A DNA stretch of 64,000 bases from Podarcis liolepis (Eukaryota). The stretch lies in the NCBI GenBank assembly GCA_965112155.1, contig OZ218099.1; one strand, 5' to 3'. Both the position numbers and the translations under genes were made by a program. Of this stretch, positions 14,835-26,307 are shown in pieces. Under the pieces are notes generated by a model. That model searched no databases. It saw only the letters and a list, made by a program, of their open reading frames with translations, and had not been told where the DNA came from. The stretch's first letter is position 1, and the number at the start of each line of letters is the position of its first letter.

Positions 14835-15490
14835 CAAAATCTTCTTTGCTAAAGCTTAGTAGGTTAAAAAAAAACCAACCCGACAGTATTTAACCTTCTC
14901 CCTATTCCTAAACATGAAGAAAATGTCACTTGTACCAAGTGACACATCATATTCCTAATGATACCTGCTTTTGGAGATGCTGTTATTTCTATGGCACTGG
15001 CAATATCTGCAGCGCTCTGCAGAATACGTTAAGCAAAGCGAGGTTAGAAAGGCTATAAAAGTATCGGAAGGATGTGTAGGGATGCAGCTACAAGCTTGGT
15101 TTCTTTAAAGTGACTAAAAGTCCAATCTTACGGCGACAGAAGGTAATGGAATATGGAGAAATAGCCAAACTAACAGGGAAAATTTGACAACAGGGCGAGG
15201 AAACATTTCAAAAAGTATGGGAAAAAATTATGTTGTATATAGGAAAGATAAGATGAAATAGTAAAACCAGTAGAATTGGAAACAAACCTCATAACGGGAA
15301 AGATTAAGAAAAGTGATGGATAATGAAAATAATAAGAAGCAAAATGTATAAGGAAACTAATATAACTAACAGTAGTGGTAAATGAATACAGACAGATAAC
15401 AATAATTGTATAAACATGAGGACTTTTTTTTTCCAGGGGGGGGGGGAAGCAGGGGTAAGCATACCCCTAAACATTTTGTGAATCTTTGTA

Positions 15491-15687
15491 CAGTGGTACC
15501 TCAGGTTACATACGCTTCAGGTTACAGATTCCGCTAACCCAGAAATAGTGCTTCAGGTTAAGAACTTTGCTTCAGGATGAGAACAGAAATCACCCCATTA
15601 GCTAAAGTGGTGCTTCAGGTTAAGAACAGTTTCAGGTTAAGAACGGACCTCCGGAACGAATTAAGTACTTAACCTGAGGTACCACTG
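15491..15687. mobile_element. Tigger/pogo-like MITE nested in a hAT MITE (15420-15801)
   Basis: TIRs; the empty-site copy of the host at 63465 shows a single TA. Confidence 0.9.
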
Positions 15688-17150
15688 TACTTTTGTCCAT
15701 TTACTGTATTTATTTTTCCCAATTTGAACTAAAAAAATGGTGATTTTCTTGGGTCAAAATGAGAGTACCCCTAAACATTTTTTTAAGAAAAAAAAGCACT
15801 GGATGTGTATGATTGCGTTGTTATAATTTTATACTTGTAAAATCAAATAAATATTATTTTTTAAAAACATACAATGTAATAAAACCTTAAACCTTAAAAG
15901 AGCTTCCCTATACAGTATTCCTAACACACTTTGCTTTTGTTACTCAATTGTCACCGATTCACAAGTTGTGATCTTAAAATACAGTACCAGATTTGCAAGC
16001 CTCTTACAGCAGAACACAGTGCCCAGCTATATTAATACACAGCAGATTTCAGAATTAAATTCCCCCCCGTTTTACACCATGTACCTGGCTCTTACCTATT
16101 AAGGAAGCACACCAAGGTCTTGTGTTTCCTGGACTTGATAATCCACCAAGAGATAGCGATCTGTTCTGAGAAAAACTGAGCAGCAAAGTTTAGACGGTGA
16201 TCGACTCCAGCACTAAATTGAAATAAGTTATCTCTCTGCCCCAGCTCGAGTCATTCGGCCCGGAGAATATCTCGTTTCCTAATCTTGGCCAAATTTGGAT
16301 CTTGAAATCTCTTCAGTTTAATTTGAAGCTATTGAGGGATCAATATTCTCTCTGGTTTAACAGGTCTGCCACCTTTCTCAGTAATGGAGAGATTCATAAC
16401 GGGTAACAGCTGAGGCTTTTCCCCAAGAAAGAAGTTCATTAGTGGAAAAAGCTTCAGCTGTGACAAGTGCAGGAACCTGACACAGAAAAAGGTAGCACCT
16501 CTAAACTGTTCCAAAACCTGGGGTGTGAAGGCCCAGGATGTAGGGTTGCCATATTTCAAAAAGTGAATATCCGGAAACAAAAAATGTTGAGATTTTAATT
16601 AATTTTTAAAGTTGCTGAGCTTGGGGGGGGGGCAAAGTTGTTTTAGAGGCGATTTAGAGGACAATTTAGAGAACAATTTAGAGAAGCGTCCTGGTTTCTG
16701 ATTTGATCCCAGAATGTCCTGCTTTTCCTCAGGATGTCCCTATTTTCATTGGAGAAAGGTTGGAGGGTATGGAGTTATCCGACCCCTGAGCTCTCTGAAG
16801 GCAATCCTGTAAAGTGTTTTTATTATGTTCTTATATATGTTGGAAGCGGAGTGGCTGGAGCACCTCTATACCTCAAGGACTGCCTCTTCCCATATGAATC
16901 TACCCAGTCCTTGAGGTCATCTTCTGAGACCCTTCTTCGTGTGCCTTTTCCTTGAGAGGTCCGGAGGGTGGCAACACAAAAATGGGCCTTCTCTGCAGTG
17001 GCCCCCTGTCTGTGGAATGCTCTCCTTCATTATACACCTTTAGGTGCCTAGCAAAAACATTCCTTTTTAACCAGGCCTTTGGTTGATCGGATTGACATCC
17101 AACACCCTTTTATAATGTGGCTTTCTTTAGGGGGGGGGGTTATTAGGTTA

Positions 17151-17318
17151 CAGTGGCGTAGCGTGGGGGTGCAGGGGGGGCCGGCCGCACCGGGCGCAAC
17201 ATCTGGGGTTTAGGGTTAGGGGGCACAAATCCACGGGTTAGGGGGCGCAAATCCACGGGTTAGGGGGCGCAAATTACTTGCCTTGCCCCGGGTGCTGACA
17301 ACCCACGCTACGCCACTG
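17151..17318. mobile_element. hAT MITE, same family, with internal GGGTTAGGG repeats
   Basis: Perfect 8-bp TSD TTAGGTTA. Confidence 0.92.
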
Positions 17319-17449
17319 TTAGGTTACTGCTTTTCATTTGATTTTATATGTTGTGGTCTTGTTGTGAACTTCCTTGAGACCTCTGGGTATAGGGCAGTGC
17401 ATAAGTTGAATAAATACTACAGTACTAAATTATTTTCATTGTCTTACAT

Positions 17450-17830
17450 AATCTCACGTACTGCTGAGTATTTTTTCAACCTGTTACTATTATTTTCTTG
17501 TTATAATATTTTTCCATATCATCCGTATATAATATCCAGTCCTCCTTCAGTGTCTTACCCTCTTTATTTCTTAATCTATCTGTCATACTGGCTAGTTCTA
17601 TGTATTCTAATATTTTGACATGCCATTCTTCTCTCGGTGGTACTGTATCTGTTCTCCATTTTTTGTGCAAATATGTACATCCATAATGTTATTTGTTTCT
17701 TTGGGATTTCTGTCATTACTATTCCCAAAAGAAAGGCTTCTGGATTTGGGGGAACACTCTTTTAAACATTTTCTTAAGCTCATTATGCAACCATGTCCCA
17801 AAATTATTTTATTATCCTGCACAACCGCCA
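17450..17830 (-). mobile_element. L1-like LINE ORF2 3' fragment
   Basis: KKWRTDTVPPREEWHVKILEYIELASMT peptide, homologous to the 7200-7400 segment. Confidence 0.7.
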
Positions 17831-18610
17831 TAAATGATAAGTCTGTACCAACTGTGGTGTATTTATAGGAGACACACAAACCGGCTTTGCCAAGCTGGCA
17901 ATTTTTACACCAGAGTTGCATGAAGAGTCCTGCCCCCCAATCCGTGCACGCAATTGTCCTGGCTCAAACCACTCGTGTAAATAGGAAGCTTTGCTCAGCG
18001 CCTCAATCTTCCTTGCGGGTTCACCCCAGGGCTTCTTTCTCTCCAGTCCCAGCACAACAAAATGACAGCCCTCTTTCCTCCTATGCCTTTCTTGACTCTG
18101 TAAATTTTAGTGGGAGTGACAGGCCTAACCGAGAGGGATGGGAAGGTGTCTAGGAAACTTGGCTAGAAGCGGGGGGGGGGGGGGCGTGCTTCGCTTGCCG
18201 GCAAACCCACTGACTCAGCACTCCCCGGGGCACTGTCACTATGCGAAGAATAATAATTTAAAAAGTAATTCGCTCTGTTTGCTCAATTGGTTATCAGGGG
18301 GAGGAGGGAACTGGGGTTTGGCCGTTCTGAGAGTGCGGCTGTGCTAACATGGCAGCTCATGGCTATACCTCAGCAACAGTAGGCTTACATGCCTCCCAAC
18401 ATTCCTCTGGTGAAAATAGGGATGGCAATAATAATAATAATAATTAAATAGTGGGTGGACATAGTAGACGACACAGAGATTTCTCCAAGTAGTTCTTTAT
18501 AAGTAAGCTGGAACTGAACTGAACAGCAAATAGCTCAGTCAGCCTGCTTTTATAGGCAGCTGGCTGTCAACATTGTAACAACAACAACCCAGGGTTTCCT
18601 GCCTAAATTA

Positions 18611-18869
18611 CCGTATTTTTTGCTCTATAAGACTCACTTTTTCCCTCCTAAAAAGTAAGGGGAAATGTGTGTGCGTCTTATGGAGTGAATGCAGGCTGCG
18701 CAGCTATCCCAGAAGCCAGAACAGCAAGAGGGATTGCTGCTTTCACTGCGCAGCGATCCCTCTTGCTGTTCTGGCTTCTGGGATTCAGAATATTTTTTTT
18801 CTTGTTTTCCTCCTCCAAAAACTAGGTGCGTCTTGTGGTCTGGTGCGTCTTATAGAGCGAAAAATGCGG
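18611..18869. mobile_element. Tc2/Kanga-like MITE (TIR CCGTATTTT)
   Basis: TIRs, TA TSD; near-identical copies at 37412 and 63680. Confidence 0.88.
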
Positions 18870-18938
18870 TAACTGACATGGACCTGAGTGAAAACCATAC
18901 ACACAATACCCCTGGTGGCCAGGATGAGAACTTCAATA

Positions 18939-19303
18939 CAGTGGTGCCTCGCAAGACGAAATTAATCCGTTCTGCGAGTCTCTTCGTCTAGCGATTTTTT
19001 TGCCTTGCGAAGCAACCCTATTAGCGGCTTAGCGGATTAGCGCTATTAGCAGTTTAACAGCTATTAAAGGCTTAGCGGCTATTAAAGGCTTAGCAGATTA
19101 GCGGCTAAAAGGCTATTAGCGGCTTAGCGGCTTAGAAAAAGGGGGGGGGGAGCGGGAAAAAACCGGAACACTTGCAAGACGTTTTCGTCTTGCAAAGCAA
19201 GCCCATAGGGAAAATCGTCTTGCGAAGCAGCTCAAAAACGGAAAACCCTTTCGTCTAGCGGGTTTTCCGTCTTGCGAGGCATTCGTCTTGCGGGGCACCA
19301 CTG
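18939..19303. mobile_element. Tigger-like MITE with internal TTAGCGGC minisatellite
   Basis: TIR CAGTGGTGCC(T/C)CGCAAGACGAA, TA TSD. Confidence 0.88.
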
Positions 19304-19801
19304 TACATAACAATCCTGTCCATCTGACACGGTTGCCCCAGCCACTCTGGGCTGCTTCCAACATATATAGAAACATAATAAACCTTTAAAAAGCTTCCCT
19401 TTGCAGTATTCCAAATATGCTTTGGTTTTGTTACTTAATTGTTGCCAATTCACCAACAGTGATCTTAAAACACAGCACCAGATTTGCAAGTCTCTTACAG
19501 CAGAACACAATGGCCTGCTATATTAATACGCAGCAGATTTCAGATTTAAATTTTCCTCAGTTATACACTCGTACCTTATTAAGGAAGCACATCGAGGCCT
19601 CATGCTTCCTGGACTTCATAATCCACCAGGAGATAATAAAACCTTAAACATTTTTTTTTAAAAAAACTTCCCTATACAGGGGTGCCTTCTAAAGGTTGTA
19701 TAGTTACTTATCTCCTTAGCTCGGGAGTCGCATAACTCCATCCCTTCCAACATTTCTCTGATGAAAATAGGGGCGTCTTAAGGAAAAGTGGAACATTCCA
19801 G

Positions 19802-20303
19802 AATCCAGTTCTGGGCACCACAATTTAAGAAGGACACTGACAAACTGGAACGTGTCCAGAGGAGGGCAACCAAAATGGTCAAAGGCCTGGAAACGATGCC
19901 TTATGAGGAACGGCTAAGGGAGCTGGGCATGTTTAGCCTGGAGAAGAGGAGGTTAAGGGGTGATATGATAGCCATGTTCAAATATATAAAAGGATGTCAC
20001 ATAGAGGAGGGAGAAAGGTTGTTTTCTGCTGCTCCAGAGAAGCGGACATGGAGCAATGGATCCAAACTACAAGAAAGAAGATTCCACCTAAACATTAAGA
20101 GAACTTCCTGACAGTAAGAGCTGTTCGACAGTGGAATTTGCTGCCAAGGAGTGTGGTGGAGTCTCCTACTTTGGAGGTCTTTAAGCAGAGGCTTGACAAC
20201 CATATGTCAGGAGTGCTCTGATGGTGTTTCCTGCTTGGCAGGGGGTTGGACTTGATGGCCCTTGTGGTCTCTTCCAACTCTATGATTCTATGATTCTATG
20301 ATT
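19802..20303 (+). mobile_element. CR1 LINE 3' end
   Basis: QFWAPQFKKDTDKLERVQRRATKMVKGLE...LRELGMFSLEKRRLRGD peptide; (ATTCTATG)n tail. Confidence 0.95.
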
Positions 20304-20634
20304 CAAATCAGAAACCAGGACAGCTTCTCTAAATCTGGGACTGTCCCTGGAAAATAGGGACCCTTGGAGGGTCTGGGCTTACACACACATTCACATAGGT
20401 GGGTGCACACTAGAATCAAGGTGTGGCGGCTCCCCCTCCCAGAGGTTCAACATTTAAGGACCCTGCCGGAAAAGGCACCTAGACAACGATGAATTGTAAT
20501 GTTAGCAACATTAACAATAGTCCAACAAGCAAGGGATAAAATAGGGACAGGAGTTTACCAAATAGGGACTTGTCTGTGGCATAAGAACATGAGAAGAGGC
20601 CTGTAGGATCAGGCCCCTAGCCAATCCAGCTAAG

Positions 20635-21018
20635 CAGGGCCGTCTTAAGCATATCTTGCGTGTGGTGCAAAGCTCCTTCTGTAGCCCCCCTGTGTTTCCC
20701 AGATTTTTAGGGAGGACAGTGCTGCCGGCGGGGCTGGAGGAGGCGGGCAGCGGCTGGAGGGCAGCTCCTCTGGCGGGGAACAGGCAGAGGCTGAATGCAG
20801 TGCCTCTTGGCTCAGCTGGCTGCTTCGTGCTGCAGTGGCCACGGCAGACGGAGGCTCTGGGCGCGGCACTGCTTTGGCGCAGCATGGCGGAAGCGGGCGA
20901 GGGCAGCGAGCTGATGCCAGGAGGCGCCACGTCCAGCCTCCGCCTCTGCCCTGGCGCCCTCCAGAACTTGGCGCCCCGGTGCCCCGTGCCACTAGCCTCT
21001 ATGGGTAAGACGCCCCTG
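20635..21018. mobile_element. GC-rich hAT MITE (TIR CAGGG(C/G)CGTCTTA)
   Basis: TIRs; degenerate 8-bp TSD CAGCTAAG/TAGCTCAG. Confidence 0.8.
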
Positions 21019-22008
21019 TAGCTCAGCATCCTGTATTCACAAGTGCCTGTCTGTGGGAAACCCTCTGCCCTCCTGTGGTTTCTAGCAACTGGTATTCAGA
21101 AATACAGTGCAAATGCATGCCGGTGAAAAAAACGGGAAACTGGAAAGCCAGGTTTTAATGCCCACTTAGGAATTAAGCACACAGTGTGATTTTGAGGAAG
21201 CCCCGTACTTGCAGTCACACCTAGCTCACAGGGCTAGCTGTTGTTCTGAGCTCCTTGGTATATTTACGTTATTTTATTCATTTATTAAATTTCTATACCG
21301 CCTTTCATTCAAGGAGCACAGGGCAGTTTGCAACACAAAAGCACAAAAAATGCATGCCACAGTAACAAACAAAAACAATACTCCACCCTGTTTAAAAGGT
21401 CATATATTGATGAGCATATTCAAACCCTCCCTGGATATGCAGAACTTGTGGCTTTAGGAATGCCCTCTTTTATAAAAACAAAACAAAACACCAAAATATT
21501 CAGTGGCTGTTATTTTTAGTCTGCTTTTGTACAGATAAGCTTATTCTTAGCCTTTGTGTATGAGTTTTTACTGTGTTTAACGCTTCATTACAAGCAATCC
21601 TGAAAATAGGCTTGGAGGACAGAGTCTAAATCTTAACAGTGAAATAAAGTAAGTAACCTCTTATCTGCTGACATTTTGAAATTAAGTACAAAACGGTGGG
21701 ACACGTCTCTTTAAAAGGGAAACCCAAATTCACCCCTCACCTTTCGTTCCAGAAGGTACAGTCTGCATCAAATTAATGAGTTCTGCTTACTGCTTTGAAA
21801 GGAAGAAAAAACAAAACACACCACACACCTTTGATCTTTTCAACATGCTGTTACGGTATATGATTAAATGCTAGTTACGAGACTTCTATTCACTCAAATT
21901 CTTATGTGAATGGTTTGTGTTCTTTAAACCTACTTAAGATATTATTGTCTGTGCAATGGAACACATATCAAGGAAGTTTGCTTTTTTAAAAGTGTGCAAT
22001 AATGTGAC

Positions 22009-22359
22009 GGGACACGGGTGGCGCTGTGGGTTAAACCACAGAGCCTAGGACTTGCCAATCAAAAGGTCGGTGGTTTGAATCCCCGCGACGGGGTGAGCTC
22101 CGGTTGCTCGGTCCCTGCTCCTGCCAACCTAGCAGTTCAAAAGCACGTCAAAGTGCAAGTAGATAAACAGGTATCACTCCGGAGGGAAGGTAAATGGAGT
22201 TTCCGTGCACTGCTCTGGTTTGCCAGAAGCGGCTTAGTCATGCTGGCCACATGAACTGGAAGCTGGATGCCAGCTCCCTCGGCCAGTAAAGCGAAATGAG
22301 CGCCACAACCCCAGAGTCGGCCACGACTGGACCTAATGGTCAGGGGTCCCTTTACCTTT
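22009..22359 (+). mobile_element. Sauria SINE
   Basis: GGGACACGGGTGGCGCTGTGG start, ACCTTT tail, TSD AATAATGTGAC. Confidence 0.95.
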
Positions 22360-22451
22360 AATAATGTGACAGCGGGGCTTGTCCCTACCCCATTTGCCCA
22401 CCTACTACTGTGGGGTAAAATGAAAGTATGCTACTTGTTGCAGCAGGTGGA

Positions 22452-22454
<3 letters not shown>

Positions 22455-22520
<66 letters not shown>

Positions 22521-22530
22521 TGTTTGTGTG
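22455..22530. repeat. Compound (CT)n(GT)n microsatellite
   Basis: Direct reading. Confidence 0.95.
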
Positions 22531-22951
22531 TACTGTATAAAAAGGATTGCAAAAGGAGTGGAACAGGAAAAGCTGCTGCAGAACTGTTAACAATGGATTT
22601 TGGAGGGGTCGCCTGCTTAGGTTTTTGCAGCGTAACCGACTTTCATGGCACCTTAAAGCAGGGGGACTCTCCCCACCCCAGCCATATTCCCTTAGGTGCT
22701 GCATGCGAGTGAGCGAGGAAGGCCGGGGGGAAAGTGGGTGGAGCAACAGATGGGAGTCTTACTTTCTACAGTCAAGCTGACAGATAAAAACGTCAGAGGT
22801 TTCTGCACCCACACTTCTCTCATTTTAGCTTCCCCCTCGCATCAAGGAATCCTGGGAACCAAAGTTTGAGAATTTTAGCTCTGTGACAAGCATACTGCAG
22901 GGCATGTGCTCTGCCATTGAACTGTTCTCCTCAACACTTCATGTTATGATA

Positions 22952-23308
22952 AAGGTAAAGGGTAAAGGGACCCCTGACCATTAGGTCCACTCGTGGCCGA
23001 CTCTGGGGTTGCGGCGCTCATCTCGCTTTATTGGCCGAGGGAGCCGGCGTACAGCTTCCAGGTCATGTGGCCAGCATGACTAAGACGCTTCTGGCGAACC
23101 AGAGCAGCGCACGGAAACGCCGTTTACCTTCCCGCCGGAGTGGTACCTATTTATCTACTTGCACTTTGACGTGCTTTCGAACTGCTAGGTTGGCAGGAGC
23201 AGGGACCGAGCAACGGGAGCTCACCCCGTTGCGGGGATTCGAACCGCCGACCTTCTGATTGGCGAATCCTAGGCTCTGTAGTTTAACCCACAGCGCCACC
23301 CGCGTCCC
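22952..23308 (-). mobile_element. Sauria SINE
   Basis: TSD CATGTTATGATA. Confidence 0.95.
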
Positions 23309-24190
23309 TTACATGTTATGATAGATCGCAACAAAAACTGGCTCTTTAATTTAGTGTTCATTCACTCCACGCCATAGCAGGAGTTTTCTCCCAGTGGAAC
23401 CATACTTGTACACCTACAATTCCCTGCCTGGGTTCAAGTTAAGCATAAGTCTGATTGGCCAGTGACTAGAATGTCAGAACCTACATCTTTTCCTCCAACT
23501 TCTAAGCTCTTTTAGACATCTTTCAAAAAGAATTTCCCCCTTCCTTGTTGTAAATGAAAAAAAAGCCACACATAAATGTGGCTTAGTGTGACGTGCGTAT
23601 AAGGTCACAGTTTGTTATGAAATAATTTAAAACTGTTTACTTTAATGATCAAAACACAATTGAGGTCCAGTGTCTCTAATTATGGTTAGCCATCTTAACA
23701 GCAACCAGCACCGGGGTTGCAGCAAATGACGCCTCTTCTAAATAATAACACTTCACTCGCTACAGGGCTGTTTCCATGCATTTTACCATATTGGAAAACT
23801 TTCATTTCAGTGATTCTGGTTTATATTCCTGTGGCTTTCTAAACGGAAAAAAGGGATCCAGCTTCTTATGTAACACTTCTGGCTAAATGCACAATTCTAC
23901 AAAGTTGGAAAGCAAATACACTGCCCAATATAGACAGATGACTCAATTCCACAACTGATCAGGAAACAAGGGAATATGTTTGGGTTGCCTGTGGCACACT
24001 TTACTTGTCTGCAACTCCTTGGGGAAGTGAGAATGTTCGCTTGGTTGTATTCTCACACAAAAGTAATGCTAATAATGATTTCTAATATAGTTGAACTATC
24101 AGCACAGGAACATAGGAAGTTGCCTTATACACCGAGTCAGACAAATGGTCTATCTAGCTCAACGGGATGCCTCCCAGATGTGGTTTTTTT

Positions 24191-26307
24191 CCAACCGGTT
24201 CAGACCAGTTGGAACTGGCTCAAGCTGGTTGGAACAGGTCAAAGCCAGTTGGAACAGGTCCAGGCCGGTTCCAACCAGTCCAAGCCGGTTGGAACTGACC
24301 AAGACCGGTTGGAACTGGCCCACACTGGTTGGAACTGGCTCAAGCTGGTTGGAACAGAACTAGTCTGGTTGGAACCAGACCAGACCGGTTGAAACCGATT
24401 CAGACCAGTTGGAAGTGGCCCAAGCTGGTTGGAACCAGTCCAGACCGATTGGAACCAGCCCAGACCAGCTGGAACAGGTCAAAGCCAGTTGGAAAAGGTC
24501 CAGGCCGGTTGGAATAGGTCTAGGCCAATTGGAACTAGCCAACACTGGTTGGAACTGGCCCGAGCTGGTTGGAACAGGACTAGTCCGATTAGAACCAGCC
24601 CAGACCGGTTGGAACTGGCCCAGACCGGTTGGAATGGGTCTAAGCCAGTTGGAAAAGCTCCAGGCTGGTTGAAACTGGTTCAGACCAGTTGGAGCAACTC
24701 CAAGCCGGTTGGAACTGGTTCAGACCAGTTGGAACTGGCCCAGACCGGTTGGAACAGGTGCAGACTGATTGGAACAGGCCTAGGCCAGTTGGAACAGGTC
24801 TGAGCCGCTTGGAACTGGTTCAGACCGGTTGGAGCTGATCCGAGCCAGTTGGAACTGGTTCAGACTGGTTGGAACTGGTCCGAGTCGGTTGGAACTGGTC
24901 TGAGTTGGTTGGAACCGGCCCATACCGGTTGGAATGGGTCCCGGCCAGTTAGAACCAGCCCAGCCCTGTCAGAACCAGTCCAAGCCGGTTGGAACTGGTT
25001 CAGACTGGTTGGAGCTGGTCCAAGCCGGTTGGAACCGGTTCAGACTGGTTGGAACCAGCCCAGACTGGTTGGAATGGGTCGAAGCCATTTGGAAAAGGTC
25101 CAGGCCAGTTGAAACAGGTCCTGGCCAGTTAGAAAAGATGCAGACTGGTTGGAACAGGTCCAGGCCAGTTGCAAACGGTTCAGACCGGTTGGAGCTGGTC
25201 TGAGCCGGTTGGAACTGGTTCAGACCGATTGGAACTGGTCTGAGCTGGTTGGAACCGGTTGAGACCGGTTGGAGCTGGTTTGAGCCAATTGGAACCGGTT
25301 CAGACCGGTTGGAAGGGGTCCAGGCCAGCTGGAACCGATGCAGACTGGTTGGAACAGGTCCAAGCCAGTTGGAAAAGGTCAAGGCCAGTTGGAACAGGTC
25401 CCGGCCGGTTGGAACCAATTCAGACTGGTTGGAGCTGGTCCGAGCCAGTTGAAACCGGATCAGACCGGTTGAAACAGGTATTGGCTGGTTGGAACAGATC
25501 TAGGCCAGTTGGAGCTTGTCTGAGCTGGTCCAGACCGGTTGAAACTGGTCCGAGCCGGTTGGAACCAGTTCAGACCGGTTAGAGCTTGTCTGAGCCAGTT
25601 GGAACCAGTTTGAACTGGTTGGAACCGGTCCGAGCTGGTTGGAACCGGTTTAGACCAGTTGGAACTGGTTCAGACTGGTTAGAACCAGTCGAAGTCGGTT
25701 TGAACAGCTCAAAGCTGGTTTGAAACAGTCGAAGCCGGTTTGAACCGGTCCAAGCTGTTTTGAACCGGTCTAGACCGGTTGGAACTGGTTCAAACTGGTT
25801 AGAACCGGCTCAGACCGGTTAGAACCAGTTGTAGCCAGTTTGAACCGGTTCAAGCTGTTGGAACCGGTCTAAACCGGTTGGAACTGGTTCAGACCGCTTA
25901 GAACTGGCCGAAGCCGGTTTGAACCGGTCAAAGCCGGTATGAACCAGTTGAAGCTGGTTGGAACCGGTTTAAGCTGGTTGGAAGCGGTCTAAACCAGTTG
26001 GACCTGGTTCAGAGTGGTTAGAACTGGTTCAGACCGGTTGGAACCGGTCGAAGCCAGTTTGAACCGGTTCAGACCCGTTTGAACTGGTTCAGACCAGTTG
26101 GAACCGGTCTACACCGGTTGGAACTGGTTCAGACCGGTTAGAACCAGTTCAGGCCGGTTAGAACCGGTCGTAGCCGGTTAGAACCGGTTTAAGCTGGTTG
26201 GAACCGGTCTAAACCAGTTGGAACTGGTTCAGACTGGTTAGAACTGGTTCAAACTGGTTAGAACTGGTCGAAGCTGGTTTGAACCGGTCCAAGCTGGTTG
26301 GAACCGG
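24191..26307. repeat. 10-bp-period satellite, left arm (~210 units; alternating GGAACCGGTT / CAGACCGGTT)
   Basis: Visible strict 10-nt register; CCGG cores decayed to CCAG/CTGG; 1-nt register shift near 25858. Confidence 0.97.

Larger units (their letters stand above)
18450..19312 (-). mobile_element. Putative solo LTR (itself hit by two MITEs)
   Basis: Starts TGTTATG on minus at 19312; TATAAAAG box at ~18547-18554; interrupts the host element. Confidence 0.5.
18390..20375. mobile_element. Host non-autonomous element (…GAAAATAGGGAC…GGAGGGTCTG) carrying nested insertions
   Basis: Host pieces at 18390-18450, 19315-19400, 19636-19800 and 20304-20375; an inverted partial copy at ~16685-16862. 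Confidence 0.7.

Noticed and set aside
14924-14944. Small hairpin TGTCACTTG-tac-CAAGTGACA
   Set aside because: A 9-bp stem is within chance expectation for 64 kb; no supporting context.
23641-23886. Ig-domain-like words in one plus frame (TIEVQCL* … HFTILENFHFSDSGLYSCG)
   Set aside because: Three in-frame stops, Trp misplaced relative to the first Cys and no convincing splice sites; probably chance. A tBLASTn against CD300/pIgR-like V domains would settle it.
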